A stretch of 64,000 nt of DNA from Candidatus Daviesbacteria bacterium (GTDB lineage Bacteria > Patescibacteriota > Microgenomatia > Daviesbacterales > UBA10151). Made by a program: the position numbers and the translations under genes. The notes below the pieces were generated by a model, which saw only the letters and a program-made list of their open reading frames with translations, was not told the DNA's origin and did not search any database. Positions 38,200 to 49,195 of this stretch are shown in pieces; position 1 is the stretch's first letter, and each line of letters starts with the position of its first letter. The stretch covers positions 163,637 through 227,636 of the forward strand of contig JACPKM010000004.1 in NCBI GenBank assembly GCA_016187025.1, in the 5' to 3' direction.

Positions 38200-39147
38200 A
38201 TGATTCTGTCGGCATTAATTACAGATTTTTTAGAGTATTTGGAGTTGGAAAGAAATACTTCACAATTAACAATTAAAAACTACGACCACTATTTAAAGCG
38301 GTTCCTGGATTTTGCCCATTCGACAAGCTCAGGGCAGGCCGGAGACATTGATCCAAAAGAGATAGATCTTAATCTAATCAGAAAATATAGGTTGTATCTG
38401 TCCCATTATGTAGACCCTAAAACGGGTAAAGGTTTAAAAAGGGTTACGCAAAATTATTTTATGATAGCCTTAAGGGCTTTTTTAAGGTATTTGGCAAAAA
38501 ATGATATCGCTACCCTTTCGCCTGAAAAAGTAGAGTTAGGTGAGAGAGAGCCTCGGCCGTTCAAGGTTTTGGAAGAAGGTCATCTAAAGCAACTGCTGGA
38601 TGCACCGGACACCACAAAAAAAGAAGGAATTAGAGACAGAGCGCTTCTTGAAACTCTTTTTTCTACAGGACTGCGGGTTTCAGAGCTTGCCTCTTTAGAC
38701 TGTAATCAAATTAATCTAAACAGAGGTGAATTTGGAGTGGTGGGAAAAGGTGGAAAAGAGCGGGTGGTGTTTTTGTCTGATGCAGCTTCTTTTTGGCTTG
38801 CTAAATATTTAGAAAACCGTAAAGATACCTTTAAGCCGCTATTTATCAGATATCAGGGTAAGGTTATCACTGACAATTCTGGTGAAGCAATGAGGCTGTC
38901 AGCAAGATCTATTGAAAGAATAGTTGAAAAATATGTTAAAAGGTTAGGTTTGCCGATAAAAGCTACTCCTCATACACTAAGACATTCGTTTGCCACAGAT
39001 TTGCTAATAAATGGAGCAGATATTAGATCAGTTCAAGAGATGCTGGGGCATTCTAATATTTCCACCACCCAGATCTACACCCATGTCACCAACAAGCATT
39101 TAAAGGATGTTCATAAAGCTTTCCACAGCGGGAATAAGGAAGAATAG
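38200..39147 (+). CDS. Tyrosine site-specific recombinase (XerC/XerD family)
   Basis: R...HTLRHSFATDLL...LGHSNISTTQIYTHV with catalytic Tyr; 315 aa. Confidence 0.85.
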   Translation: MILSALITDFLEYLELERNTSQLTIKNYDHYLKRFLDFAHSTSSGQAGDIDPKEIDLNLIRKYRLYLSHYVDPKTGKGLKRVTQNYFMIALRAFLRYLAKNDIATLSPEKVELGEREPRPFKVLEEGHLKQLLDAPDTTKKEGIRDRALLETLFSTGLRVSELASLDCNQINLNRGEFGVVGKGGKERVVFLSDAASFWLAKYLENRKDTFKPLFIRYQGKVITDNSGEAMRLSARSIERIVEKYVKRLGLPIKATPHTLRHSFATDLLINGADIRSVQEMLGHSNISTTQIYTHVTNKHLKDVHKAFHSGNKEE

Positions 39148-39255
39148 CTGTAACCCTATAGCTACTGCATAAAACCATATTTGACCGCGTTAACTTGAAT
39201 TATCTAACCAAATGATATAGACTTATAGTTTCAAATTATTGCATATTGTGATTAT

Positions 39256-40398
39256 ATGGTAGAAACAGGAAACAGCAGTGATTTTAAAATCACAGTAAAT
39301 AATTCACCAAATTCCCCGGGACTGTTAGAGGGAGCATACCTATTGGAACTGGAGGTTGGTGGTAATATTTCGAGTCATCCAACTGTGCAAAGGGTTGCCC
39401 GGGTGGTGGCAGGGATGGGTTATATGATGAGATGGGCTGAGTTGATGTCGGGTTTGGCTGCTGCTGTACTCCCGGAAAATCCCAAAGATTTATTGGATTT
39501 ACGGCAAAGAGCGCATGGTTTAATGATTGATACTGATAGGGGTATCGGATATGCTAGGCAACTCACTCGGGAGGCAGAGTCGCTTGTTGAAGCTGATAAC
39601 TCATCAGAATCCGATTTAGCTGAACCTGAAGCATTACTTGATAAGGTAAAAGCTTTCGGAAGTTTTATAGTTCCTATGTGGGTGCATGATATGAATAACC
39701 ATTTAACAGCAGCTAGTGGTATGGTGTATTGCATGCACAAAAATCCGGCAAGGTTGGAATATCCTAATTTCCGCGAGAGTATCATCGATTCTTTTTCCCT
39801 TATCCACAAAGAGCTATTACAAGAGGCGTTAAACCAAGATCCTGCGCTTTATTCTTTAAAATTCACTTCTTTATCTAGACTGAGTATGCTGATTAATATC
39901 GTACTTAGCACAGTACGTAAAAACAGTATGCAAAATATAAGGGCTGTTAACTCTGAATTTACCAACCTTCCCCAAGAGATCATATTAAGAGGTGATGTTT
40001 ACTTACTATATCAACTACTAAAACAGTGTGCAGGCAATAGTGCCAAGCAGGCTCGTTTCAAAGGCGAGAGTTACCCAACAGAGTTCGGTATAACCACCCA
40101 ACTGGCTGCAGATGGGAATACAGCTATTATGTATTGTGATGATAATGGTTCAGGGTATAGTAAGTTAATGATAGAAAAGGGGTTTATAGGTGCGTTAAGA
40201 GAGAGACAGGCTGGTAATATTCAGGCTCAAGGGTACAGGGATAATCGTGTACCAACCACTGGTTTTGCGATGGCAATGTTGACAGAGAAAGCTGAAAGAG
40301 CAGGGATTAAGGTCGAGCCTGCCAGGCGGACAGATAAAAACGGAAAAGTCATACCTGGCGCTAGAACAGCTATTTATGTGCCTGTTTTATCTAATTAA
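39256..40398 (+). CDS. Orphan soluble histidine kinase-like protein (unknown N-terminal domain, DHp, GHKL ATPase)
   Basis: H-box HDMNNHLTAASG, N-box LLKQCAGNSAKQA, D-box DDNGSGY, G-box TTGFAMAM. No TM helices. Local GC is visibly above the neighbours. Confidence 0.5.
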   Translation: MVETGNSSDFKITVNNSPNSPGLLEGAYLLELEVGGNISSHPTVQRVARVVAGMGYMMRWAELMSGLAAAVLPENPKDLLDLRQRAHGLMIDTDRGIGYARQLTREAESLVEADNSSESDLAEPEALLDKVKAFGSFIVPMWVHDMNNHLTAASGMVYCMHKNPARLEYPNFRESIIDSFSLIHKELLQEALNQDPALYSLKFTSLSRLSMLINIVLSTVRKNSMQNIRAVNSEFTNLPQEIILRGDVYLLYQLLKQCAGNSAKQARFKGESYPTEFGITTQLAADGNTAIMYCDDNGSGYSKLMIEKGFIGALRERQAGNIQAQGYRDNRVPTTGFAMAMLTEKAERAGIKVEPARRTDKNGKVIPGARTAIYVPVLSN

Positions 40399-40448
40399 CC
40401 ATATGGATGGTATCACCTGCCAGTACAAATCTGCTAATATTTTAGTTA

Positions 40449-40985
40449 ATGCTCAATTTTTTAAAGCTTTTTATTTTTATTCTGATTGTTATTTTTTCAT
40501 ACTTTTTAATTCAGTCTACCGATACCTCGCTTTTATCTGACAGGTCTTTGTTTCTAAAGTCCTTGGTTGCCTTAGTAAGCGGGGTTTTTTACACCTCTTT
40601 TCTAACTTCTCCGCTGGCAGTTGTGATACTAGTAGTTTTGGGCCAAACCACAAATATCTTTTCAGTTACACTTTTAGCAGGGATAGGAGCTGTGGCTGGT
40701 GATATGTTAATAGTTAAATCTTTCAGATTTATATTTAGGCAGCTATCTTTTGTCTCGCACTCCAACTCTTTTAATAACCTAAAAAAGCAGTTTATAAAAT
40801 ATCATCTTGATATATTATCTTTAATTATTGGAATAGTGATTGTGGCCTCCCCTTTTCCTGATGAGTTAGGTTTAATAATGCTTGGTGCTTCCAAGCTATC
40901 CTATTTTAAATTGGCTATCTTAACATTTGTCGTAAACAGTGTTGGGATATTAATAATCTTAACAATAGTTAAAGGGATATCATGA
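40449..40985 (+). CDS. Small hypothetical membrane protein (4-nt overlap with the P-type ATPase)
   Basis: 178 aa with about 5 TM helices. Confidence 0.4.
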   Translation: MLNFLKLFIFILIVIFSYFLIQSTDTSLLSDRSLFLKSLVALVSGVFYTSFLTSPLAVVILVVLGQTTNIFSVTLLAGIGAVAGDMLIVKSFRFIFRQLSFVSHSNSFNNLKKQFIKYHLDILSLIIGIVIVASPFPDELGLIMLGASKLSYFKLAILTFVVNSVGILIILTIVKGIS

Positions 40986-43315
40986 GTAGCTCAGGATTAA
41001 CTACTATTCAAGCGCAACAACTTATAATTCAATATGGCTTAAATAAGTTACCTGAAAAAAAAGGGTCAACTGTAATTCAGCTTATCTTTTCCCAAATTAA
41101 AAACTATCTTTTCTTACTTTTACTAATAGCCTCCATTATATCTTTTGTTGTCGGGGATCCTCTTGATGGGGTATTAATATTGGGGATATTACTACTTAAT
41201 ACCATCTTGGGTTTTTGGCAGGAATATAAAGCATCTAAAGAGTTAGAAGCTTTGCGAAAGCTTGAGGTGCTAAACTCCCGGGTAATAAGGGATGGTCAGG
41301 AAATTGAGATTTCCTCGTTTAAACTGGTCCCAGGTGATCTGGTTATTTTAGAATCTGGGGATAAAATTCCGGCAGATGGAAAAGTTTTGGAGTCTGTGTC
41401 TCTTGCTGTTAACGAATCCTCTTTAACCGGTGAATCTTTGCCTGTAATGAAAACAGAAAAGGAGGGAGAAAATGATCTCTATTTTGGTACGATCGTCTCT
41501 TCAGGCAGGGGTAAGTTCCAGGTTACATATACCGGTGTTAACACAAAATTTGGAAAGATTGCTCTGACCTTGGCTGATGTGGAAGAAGAGGTTACACCTT
41601 TGGAAAAGTCTTTAAACAGTTTAGGTAAAAAGATCGGTCTAGGAGCCTTAGTTGTTTCTATAGCCCTTTTTGTGTTTGGGGTATTGCAGGGTAATTCGCT
41701 AATAGATGAGTTTTTTAATTCAACCGCGCTGCTGGTTGCTGCTGTTCCGGAGGGCTTACCGGCAGTTGTGACGATAGTCCTGGCTTTGGGGGTGCACAAG
41801 ATGTACAAGAGGAAAGCTCTTGTTAGAAAGATGGTGGCGGTTGAGAGTTTGGGAGCGGCAACAGTTATCTGCTCTGATAAAACAGGAACCTTAACTCAAA
41901 ACCAGATGGTAGTAAAAGAGGTTAAAACCCATCAGGTTAATGAAAAAGAGCTAATAAAGTGTGCGGTTTTGTGTAATAGCTCCAGTTTGGTAGTCAAAGA
42001 AAATCATGGAGGATTTGATATCTTAGGCGATACCACAGAAGGCGCACTCCTTTTATGGGTTAAAGAAAAAGGGGTCGATTATGAACTTTTAAGGTCCAAA
42101 GGTGAGCTGGTTGATGAGAATCCATTTAATCTAAAATCCAGGATGATGAGTGTTGTTTGGAGAGACATGGGCAAGGATGTAACTTATGTTAAAGGAGCTC
42201 CTGAATCGATTTTACCAAAGACAGATTTGTCAGAAGAGCAGATTGAAAAAGTGGAGCAAGATTATAAGAGGATGGCGAGTAAGGGTTTACGGGTGTTGGC
42301 TTTTGCGTCCGGGAAAGAAGGCTCACCTCTTAATTTTTTGGGGATAATCGGTATTGCTGATACGCCCCGGATTGAGGCAAAGGTTGTTATAGAACGTGCC
42401 CGTCAGGCAGGGATTAAGGTGATAATGGTTACAGGGGATAACGAGCTAACAGCCAAAGCAATAGCAGAAGAGATTGGTTTGATTAGGGAGGGTGAGGAGG
42501 TGATAACCGGTGCACAGCTTGATGAATTAACAGATGAGGAGTTTGTGATGCGCCTTAGTAAGATACGGATCTTTGCCAGGATCCAACCAGAGCAAAAGCT
42601 TAGGATTGTGCGAGTTTATCAATCCTCAGGTGAGGTGGTGGCTGTAACCGGCGATGGGGTTAACGATTCTCTAGCTTTAAAACAGGCGCATGTTGGGGTG
42701 GCTATGGGTCAAACAGGCACAGATGTTGCCAAGGAGGCCTCTGATATAGTATTGCTGGATGATAACTTCTCTACCCTAATCTCTGCAATAGAGCAGGGCC
42801 GGCTAATCTACAGTAATATTTTGAAGGTTGTTAAATTTTTACTGGCCGGTAATCTTTCTGAAATTTTATTAATTATTGGGGCAAGTATTTTATCTTTACC
42901 CACCCCCCTTTTCCCTGCCCAAATCTTATGGATTAATTTTGTAACTGACGGATTTCCGGCTTTGGCTTTAGGGACAGATAATGCTTCTGCAAATCTGATG
43001 AAAACCCCACCAAGGAAAAAGTGGTCAGTTTTGCTTAGTAACAGCACTCTTTTGTACATTTTTATTGGGGGGCTGGTAATGGCAGCAATCTCTTTAATAG
43101 GTTTTTATATAAGCTTACAGCTTTTTGGAGTGCAAACTGCCCGCTCCTCTGCATTTACATTGGTGGTGATCTCACAAATGTTTTTTGTGTTTATCTTAAG
43201 AAAACACCATTCACTTCTTTCTAACAAAAAACTAGTTCTTTCAGTAGGATTTGTGCTTTTGATGCAAGCACTAATACTAACTTTTGAGCCTCTAAAAACA
43301 CTATTTAAAGTTTAA
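40982..43315 (+). CDS. P-type cation-transporting ATPase (type IIA, Ca2+-ATPase-like)
   Basis: PAD, ICSDKTGTLTQN, TGDN, VTGDGVNDSLALKQA motifs, with 10 TM helices. Confidence 0.85.
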   Translation: MSSSGLTTIQAQQLIIQYGLNKLPEKKGSTVIQLIFSQIKNYLFLLLLIASIISFVVGDPLDGVLILGILLLNTILGFWQEYKASKELEALRKLEVLNSRVIRDGQEIEISSFKLVPGDLVILESGDKIPADGKVLESVSLAVNESSLTGESLPVMKTEKEGENDLYFGTIVSSGRGKFQVTYTGVNTKFGKIALTLADVEEEVTPLEKSLNSLGKKIGLGALVVSIALFVFGVLQGNSLIDEFFNSTALLVAAVPEGLPAVVTIVLALGVHKMYKRKALVRKMVAVESLGAATVICSDKTGTLTQNQMVVKEVKTHQVNEKELIKCAVLCNSSSLVVKENHGGFDILGDTTEGALLLWVKEKGVDYELLRSKGELVDENPFNLKSRMMSVVWRDMGKDVTYVKGAPESILPKTDLSEEQIEKVEQDYKRMASKGLRVLAFASGKEGSPLNFLGIIGIADTPRIEAKVVIERARQAGIKVIMVTGDNELTAKAIAEEIGLIREGEEVITGAQLDELTDEEFVMRLSKIRIFARIQPEQKLRIVRVYQSSGEVVAVTGDGVNDSLALKQAHVGVAMGQTGTDVAKEASDIVLLDDNFSTLISAIEQGRLIYSNILKVVKFLLAGNLSEILLIIGASILSLPTPLFPAQILWINFVTDGFPALALGTDNASANLMKTPPRKKWSVLLSNSTLLYIFIGGLVMAAISLIGFYISLQLFGVQTARSSAFTLVVISQMFFVFILRKHHSLLSNKKLVLSVGFVLLMQALILTFEPLKTLFKV

Positions 43316-43854
43316 TGGTCTGGTGATGTTTCCCGTTGTGAGTTCAGAACGAAAAGATTTATATTGGAAATGACCCTTCCGTCCGGTGTTATTAAGGCGG
43401 GATTTGAGTCTGCTGTTCTGTCTACTGGACTTCTTGAAGTTTCAACCCATTCAACTGTTGTTAAGCCTGTGGGGAATGCGCGTATTGTTAAACTTGGCAA
43501 GTCGTTAATTACCCGGTGAGCAGGGTCAACATGCAGAATTTGTCTAAGGAGTGAGTAGACAGGTTGACGATTAAATTTATCTATCAGTGGACTTCTTCTC
43601 CTTCTTTCATCATATAGAATCAGATCCAAAGAGGCAGCAGGACGCTCTCTTTTAGCTACAATAGCAAGAGCAAGAGATGTAAGATGGGCAGCAATCAAGA
43701 TTTGGGTAAGCGCTGAGCAGGAAAACGCATTTCTTCCTTGCAATGCTCCAATTGAGCCAGGGTCTGAAAAAAGCATTAAACCAGCTTTCCTTGCTGATTG
43801 AAATAATTGAGAGGTTAACTGTTCTACTCCAACTTCTTGTTCACAAAGCGGCAT
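43312..43854 (-). CDS. Hypothetical protein (elevated GC)
   Basis: 180-aa ORF with no motif I can place. Converges on the ATPase with a 4-nt overlap. Confidence 0.35.
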   Translation of the reverse strand: MPLCEQEVGVEQLTSQLFQSARKAGLMLFSDPGSIGALQGRNAFSCSALTQILIAAHLTSLALAIVAKRERPAASLDLILYDERRRRSPLIDKFNRQPVYSLLRQILHVDPAHRVINDLPSLTIRAFPTGLTTVEWVETSRSPVDRTADSNPALITPDGRVISNINLFVLNSQRETSPDH

Positions 43855-43883
43855 GACTTATGAATTATATCATCTAGTGGGTT

Positions 43884-44276
43884 TTAAATTTGCTCTATAG
43901 GTTTTGCCAGTGAGGCGAAATTTTCTTCAATCATTTGGTTTTTATTCCACCATATTTTTTCTCTCTCTGACACCCACGGCCCTTCATATAAAATTACTTT
44001 TCCATACCAACCCTGACATTCTTCAATATTTTCAGCTCTTTTGATAATATATTCTCCCCTTTTGTTATCAAATATATTTTGTCCTGAAGGATAAAGACAG
44101 TAGAGATGTCCGCTTGCATTTTGTGCTCTATCTCCTGAATGCCAAAGCACAGTTCCCAGTCTTGCTCTTAGTACTGGTGAGTCATTGATTTTTGCAGTTT
44201 TTTCAGTAAAGCTTGTGACTACCAAAAAATACCACAAGTTAAAAAAAATATATGTAATAAGAATTAGTTTAAACAT
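43884..44276 (-). CDS. Hypothetical N-terminally anchored protein
   Basis: N-terminal TM helix followed by a Trp-rich soluble domain. Confidence 0.35.
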   Translation of the reverse strand: MFKLILITYIFFNLWYFLVVTSFTEKTAKINDSPVLRARLGTVLWHSGDRAQNASGHLYCLYPSGQNIFDNKRGEYIIKRAENIEECQGWYGKVILYEGPWVSEREKIWWNKNQMIEENFASLAKPIEQI

Positions 44277-44350
44277 AAAAACTACAGGATTATATCAGAA
44301 ATTATATCTGAAGTATAATAAATTTTAGGTAAAAAATGGGTAAGAATAGA

Positions 44351-44563
44351 TTAAAGGGTTTTTCCTGCCAGCCCGTAAACTAAAAAGTCCTGAAAAAATC
44401 CAGGTGCCTGTAAAGGCCAGCTGATAATTACCATATAATAGCCAGGTGAAAGAAAAGATAAAGGCGGCCAGCGGTAATAAAGAGCAAAGAGCAAAGCGAA
44501 AAAGAATCCAACCATAAAATAGGCAATTGCCAGCTTGCTTATTAACGGCTGAAATCTAATCAT
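44351..44563 (-). CDS. Small membrane protein co-transcribed downstream of gyrA
   Basis: 70 aa with two TM helices and a 4-nt overlap with the gyrA start. Confidence 0.3.
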   Translation of the reverse strand: MIRFQPLISKLAIAYFMVGFFFALLFALYYRWPPLSFLSPGYYMVIISWPLQAPGFFQDFLVYGLAGKTL

Positions 44564-47091
44564 TGCACCTCCTTTTCTTTAGTTGAAACAACAGCAGCAG
44601 CTGCAACCTTTTCTCCATCTCTTACCCTCATCAAAATAACACCTTGAGTTTGACGTTGAAGAGTTGGAACCTGCCTTAAATCCATTTTAATAATCTGTCC
44701 TTTGTTTGAGGTCAGCACTAGTGTATCCATCTTATCATCAACTATTTGGGCTGTAACAATATTTCCTGTTTTTGAAGTGATTTGAGCTGCTTTCACACCT
44801 TGTCCTCCCCTCCCCTGTCTGGACCAAGATGATGTTTTGGTTTTTTTACCCAAACCATTTTCTGTAATAACCACTAGCTCTCCTTCATCTACACCTATAA
44901 TATTTAAAGAGACTACAGTATTACCTTTTTCTAACTTGATGCCTCTCACACCTGATGTGTCTCTGTGAGTTGGTTTAACCTGGGATTCTGAGAATCTAAT
45001 TGATTGGCCTTTTTCAGAAACTATAACTATATCGTTTTTTCCGGTGGTGGCATGTACCCAGCCAAGATAATCATCAGTATCTAATTTAATAGCTACTAAC
45101 CCATTTTTTCTGATATTGGCATACTCTTCAATAGGAGTCTTTTTGACAGATCCATTTTGGGTACACATAAACATAAATTTGGCAGTTTCATTTTTCCCTC
45201 TGGTCGTTAAAACTGCAGTCACTTTTTCCCCTTGATCAATATTTATTAAGTTAACAATTGCCTGGCCTTTTGCTGCTCTTTGGGTTTCTTGTATTTCCCA
45301 AACCTTGATTTGAAATACGCGGCCTTTGTCAGTGAAAAAAAGTACGTTGTCGTGGGTTTGAGTATAAAAGATATGAGAGACAGCATCGGTTTCTTTGGTG
45401 GATATTCCCATTACGCCTTTGCCACCCCTTTGCTGCGTTCTAAACGACATTGGCGACTGGCGCTTGATGTAACCGCCTTCAGTTATGGTGACAATTGTTG
45501 TTTCATTGGCCACCAAGTCTTCTTCTGAAAACTCACCCACCTTTTGTTTATAGACTCTGGTTCTTCTTGCATCAGCGTATTTTTCTTTTATCTTTTGCAA
45601 CTCATCTTTTATTACTTTTAATATTTTTTCCGGGTGTGCTAGTAAATCTTCTAAATAGGCAATAGTTTCGCGGACCATGGCCAGCTCATCTTCAATTTTT
45701 TGTCTTTCAAGTGCAGCCAGTCTACGAAGCTGCATATCCAAAATAGCTACAGCCTGAAGCTCGCTTAATTTGAACTTGGCCATCAAATTACCTCTTGCAT
45801 CATCAGAGTCCTTACTCTTTTTAATTGTTGCAATTACCTCATCAATATTATCAACAGCGATTTTTAATCCTTCTAAAATATGTTCTCTTGCTTTTGCCTC
45901 AGCCAGCTCAAACTCAGCCCGTCTTCTGACTACCATTTGTCTGTGATGAACAAATTCTTCCAAAATATGTTTAAGTGTTAAAAGATGAGGCACGCCATCC
46001 ACAAGGGCAACTAGATTAACATTAAAAACAGATTGCATAGAAGTATATTTGTAAAGGTTGTTTAAAATTGATTTAGGCTTGCCGTCTCTTTTTAGATCCA
46101 TCACAATTCTAACCATTTGTTTTCTGTCTGACTCATCTCTTAGATCGGCGATTCCTTCAAGCTTTTTATCTTTGACTAGATCCGCAATCCTTGCAATTAA
46201 GGTAGCTTTATTAACTTGGTAAGGCAATTCTGAGACTATAATCTGAACTTTACCAGAGGTAGCTTCATCTATTTCTGCTTTGGCTCTGGTTACAACTCTT
46301 CCTCTGCCGGTTGCATAGGCTGCCTGAATTTCAGTTTGGTCATAAATGGATGCACCGGTTGGAAAATCAGGGCCTTTTATAAACTTCATTAAATCCTCAA
46401 CTGTAGTGTCAGATTTAAACTTTTCCACTTGATTGCTATCTGGTGTAACTGCAGTTTCATTACCTGGTTTTAGAGGATGGTCAATCATGTAAACTATTGC
46501 ATCGCAAACTTCCCCTAAATTATGAGGTGGGATTTGTGTTGCCATACCAACTGCGATACCAGATGCTCCGTTAAGTAATAAATTAGGAGTCACTGATGGA
46601 AGTAGTATTGGTTCTTGTTCTGTTCCTGAGTAATTATCAACAAAGTCTACAGTTTGCTTATTAATATCCCGGAGTAACTCATCTGCTATTGCCGAAAGAC
46701 GCGCTTCGGTGTAACGCATCGCCGCCGGACTATCGCCATCAATCGACCCGAAATTTCCCTGGCCATCGATTAGGGGGTATCTCATCGAGAAATTTTGAGC
46801 CATTCTAACCATTGCCTCATAAACTGGTGCGTCACCGTGAGGGTGGTAGTTTTTCAAAACCTCACCTACAACTGCAGCTGATTTCTGGTATCTCGCAGAA
46901 TGTGATAGGCCTTGTTTGTGCATTGCATAAACAATCCTTCTTTGCACAGGTTTTAACCCATCTCTGACATCAGGTAAGGCACGGGAGACAATAACAGACA
47001 TCGCATAATCAAGGTATGATCTTTGCATCTCTTCGATAATAGGAGCTGGTTGAATTTTGCCTAAGTTTTTATCTATTGGTTTGTCATCCAT
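44560..47091 (-). CDS. gyrA: DNA gyrase subunit A
   Basis: [17 protein letters not shown], active-site Tyr region AAMRYTE, and C-terminal beta-pinwheel repeats. Confidence 0.9.
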   Translation of the reverse strand: MDDKPIDKNLGKIQPAPIIEEMQRSYLDYAMSVIVSRALPDVRDGLKPVQRRIVYAMHKQGLSHSARYQKSAAVVGEVLKNYHPHGDAPVYEAMVRMAQNFSMRYPLIDGQGNFGSIDGDSPAAMRYTEARLSAIADELLRDINKQTVDFVDNYSGTEQEPILLPSVTPNLLLNGASGIAVGMATQIPPHNLGEVCDAIVYMIDHPLKPGNETAVTPDSNQVEKFKSDTTVEDLMKFIKGPDFPTGASIYDQTEIQAAYATGRGRVVTRAKAEIDEATSGKVQIIVSELPYQVNKATLIARIADLVKDKKLEGIADLRDESDRKQMVRIVMDLKRDGKPKSILNNLYKYTSMQSVFNVNLVALVDGVPHLLTLKHILEEFVHHRQMVVRRRAEFELAEAKAREHILEGLKIAVDNIDEVIATIKKSKDSDDARGNLMAKFKLSELQAVAILDMQLRRLAALERQKIEDELAMVRETIAYLEDLLAHPEKILKVIKDELQKIKEKYADARRTRVYKQKVGEFSEEDLVANETTIVTITEGGYIKRQSPMSFRTQQRGGKGVMGISTKETDAVSHIFYTQTHDNVLFFTDKGRVFQIKVWEIQETQRAAKGQAIVNLINIDQGEKVTAVLTTRGKNETAKFMFMCTQNGSVKKTPIEEYANIRKNGLVAIKLDTDDYLGWVHATTGKNDIVIVSEKGQSIRFSESQVKPTHRDTSGVRGIKLEKGNTVVSLNIIGVDEGELVVITENGLGKKTKTSSWSRQGRGGQGVKAAQITSKTGNIVTAQIVDDKMDTLVLTSNKGQIIKMDLRQVPTLQRQTQGVILMRVRDGEKVAAAAVVSTKEKEVQ

Positions 47092-47172
47092 AGTTTGAAG
47101 CTAAGAAAAAGCCCTTTTCGGGCATTAATATTTTAGCATTTTTACTAGATAAATACCAGGCTAGACTAAACT

Positions 47173-48300
47173 CTAAATAGCTAGTCTTTTAGTGGAAGGA
47201 TTAAGTTGCACAAGAAGCTCGTAAGGAATCTTGCCGGTAATAGAAGCTGATTTAATTATTGAGTTTTTATCGTCTGGATCTTGGGAGAAAATGATCACCT
47301 CTTGCCCAACTTGTGGATTTTTTACTTGTGATAGATTGATGATGCAAAGATTCATGCTTACCCTACCTATAATTGGACAAAACTTTTCTTGAACTTTAAC
47401 AAATCCTTTATTTGATAACCTTCGGTCTATTCCATCATTGTATCCTGCAGGAAGTATGCCAATTAACATATCAGAGGGAATACTAAATGTTCCATCATAC
47501 CCAACTTTTCCACCTTTACTGATCCTTTTTATCTGAACAATCCTAGTTTTAAAAGTTAATGCAGGTTTTAAATTTTCACTTTCAGAAACTCCATATAGAT
47601 TTAAGCCTACCCTGGCAAGATTTGATATCTTTGACAGTTTTTTTAAATCTGAGTTTAACAATCCATCAGAGTTTGCTAAATGGATCCATTTGGGTTTAAT
47701 GCCTTCTCTCTTACAAACTTCTAAAGCCTTTTCAAAGTTTTTTAATTGACTCAAATACAATGGGTCTTTTGCATTTTTAACTGATGCTAGATGTGACATA
47801 ATCCCTTCGATTTTTAGGTTGCTATATTTTTTAAGCTGTATTAAAAATTCCGGAAGATCTTCAAGTTGAACTCCTTCCCGATGCATCCCTGTGTCTACAA
47901 AAAGATGAACTGGCGAGCTGGGTTGGTATTTATTAATACTTTCTGCAAGCTCCAAACTCCACAAGGCAAAAGAAAATGGTAGCTTTTTTACTTTTAAATT
48001 ATTGGGGTTTATATATCCCATTATCAAAATCGGGCTTTTGATACGAGCTTTTAAAAGCTCATATGCCTCATAAATGCTGTCAACGCAAAAAAAAGGACAA
48101 TTTTGCGAGTCCAAGACTTTGGCAACATTAATTAACCCATGCCCATAAGCATTACTTTTTAGCACAGGAGCAATTTTAATTTTTGGACTCAGAGATGATA
48201 AGAACCTAAGATTTGTAAGCAATCTCTCCTCCGATACTTCTATTAAATTTAACGGTTGGTAAGTATTAAGTCCTAAAAGGGTACGTATTTTGTCAATCAT
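47173..48300 (-). CDS. alr: Alanine racemase
   Basis: PVLKSNAYGHG PLP-binding Lys motif; 375 aa. Confidence 0.85.
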   Translation of the reverse strand: MIDKIRTLLGLNTYQPLNLIEVSEERLLTNLRFLSSLSPKIKIAPVLKSNAYGHGLINVAKVLDSQNCPFFCVDSIYEAYELLKARIKSPILIMGYINPNNLKVKKLPFSFALWSLELAESINKYQPSSPVHLFVDTGMHREGVQLEDLPEFLIQLKKYSNLKIEGIMSHLASVKNAKDPLYLSQLKNFEKALEVCKREGIKPKWIHLANSDGLLNSDLKKLSKISNLARVGLNLYGVSESENLKPALTFKTRIVQIKRISKGGKVGYDGTFSIPSDMLIGILPAGYNDGIDRRLSNKGFVKVQEKFCPIIGRVSMNLCIINLSQVKNPQVGQEVIIFSQDPDDKNSIIKSASITGKIPYELLVQLNPSTKRLAI

Positions 48301-49195
48301 ATTTTTTCTTAGCAGTTTCAGTCAAAGTCCTAACAAGTTTTGGAAATTTTATTCCAGCTTCTTGGGCAGCTTTAGGAAAAAGGCTTTCTGAAGTTAATCC
48401 TGGGATTGTATTTACTTCTAAAACATATGGTATTCCTTCTGCAACTATGAAATCAATTCTTGAGTACTGTCCTAAATTTAAATCTTTATGTATTTTAAGG
48501 GCTATTTGCTGAACAATCTTACGTGTTTTTGGCAGTATAGACGGAGCATTAGGTATTTCTTGGGTTGCTCCGGAGTATTTATTTTTGTAATCAAACCATT
48601 TTCCTTGGGGCGGAATAATTTCTAGTATTGGCAAAGGTTTATCATTTAATATTCCTACCGTTACCTCTACCCCTCCTAAAAATCTTTCAATAAAAAGCTT
48701 GTATTTTGATTTAAGCAGTGATTGAACAAATACTTTACCTAGATCTTTTTCCGATTCAAGAATAACTACTTCTCTTGATGATCCTCCATTGGAGGTTTTT
48801 AAAACAGATGGAAAACCAAACTTTAAGATATCCTTACTGTTTTTAACTATTCTCCACTCAGAAGTTGAAACATTTTCTTTCCTGCAGAATTTTTTAAATG
48901 GAATTTTATACCAGCCTTTTTTAAACCCTTTCCAACTTCCACCCACAAATGGTTTGTCTAATTTAGAAAGGAACTTTTGAAGTTCTCCCCCCTCCCCTTC
49001 TTCGCCATGTAATGCAGGAAAAAATAAATCAAAATCCTTTGAGATCTTTTTTAGCTGACGGTATCCTTTTTTAAGATCAAAAAGAGTAACATTAAATCCA
49101 TTTTCTTCTAAACCCAACTTAACCTGTTTAGCAGAAATAAGTGATATTTTCCTTTCTGAATTCCTGCTTCCAGTAATTATCAATACTTTTTTCAT
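48293..49195 (-). CDS. ddl: D-alanine--D-alanine ligase
   Basis: ATP-grasp with C-terminal LEVNTIPGLTSESLFPKAA. Confidence 0.8.
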   Translation of the reverse strand: MKKVLIITGSRNSERKISLISAKQVKLGLEENGFNVTLFDLKKGYRQLKKISKDFDLFFPALHGEEGEGGELQKFLSKLDKPFVGGSWKGFKKGWYKIPFKKFCRKENVSTSEWRIVKNSKDILKFGFPSVLKTSNGGSSREVVILESEKDLGKVFVQSLLKSKYKLFIERFLGGVEVTVGILNDKPLPILEIIPPQGKWFDYKNKYSGATQEIPNAPSILPKTRKIVQQIALKIHKDLNLGQYSRIDFIVAEGIPYVLEVNTIPGLTSESLFPKAAQEAGIKFPKLVRTLTETAKKKYD

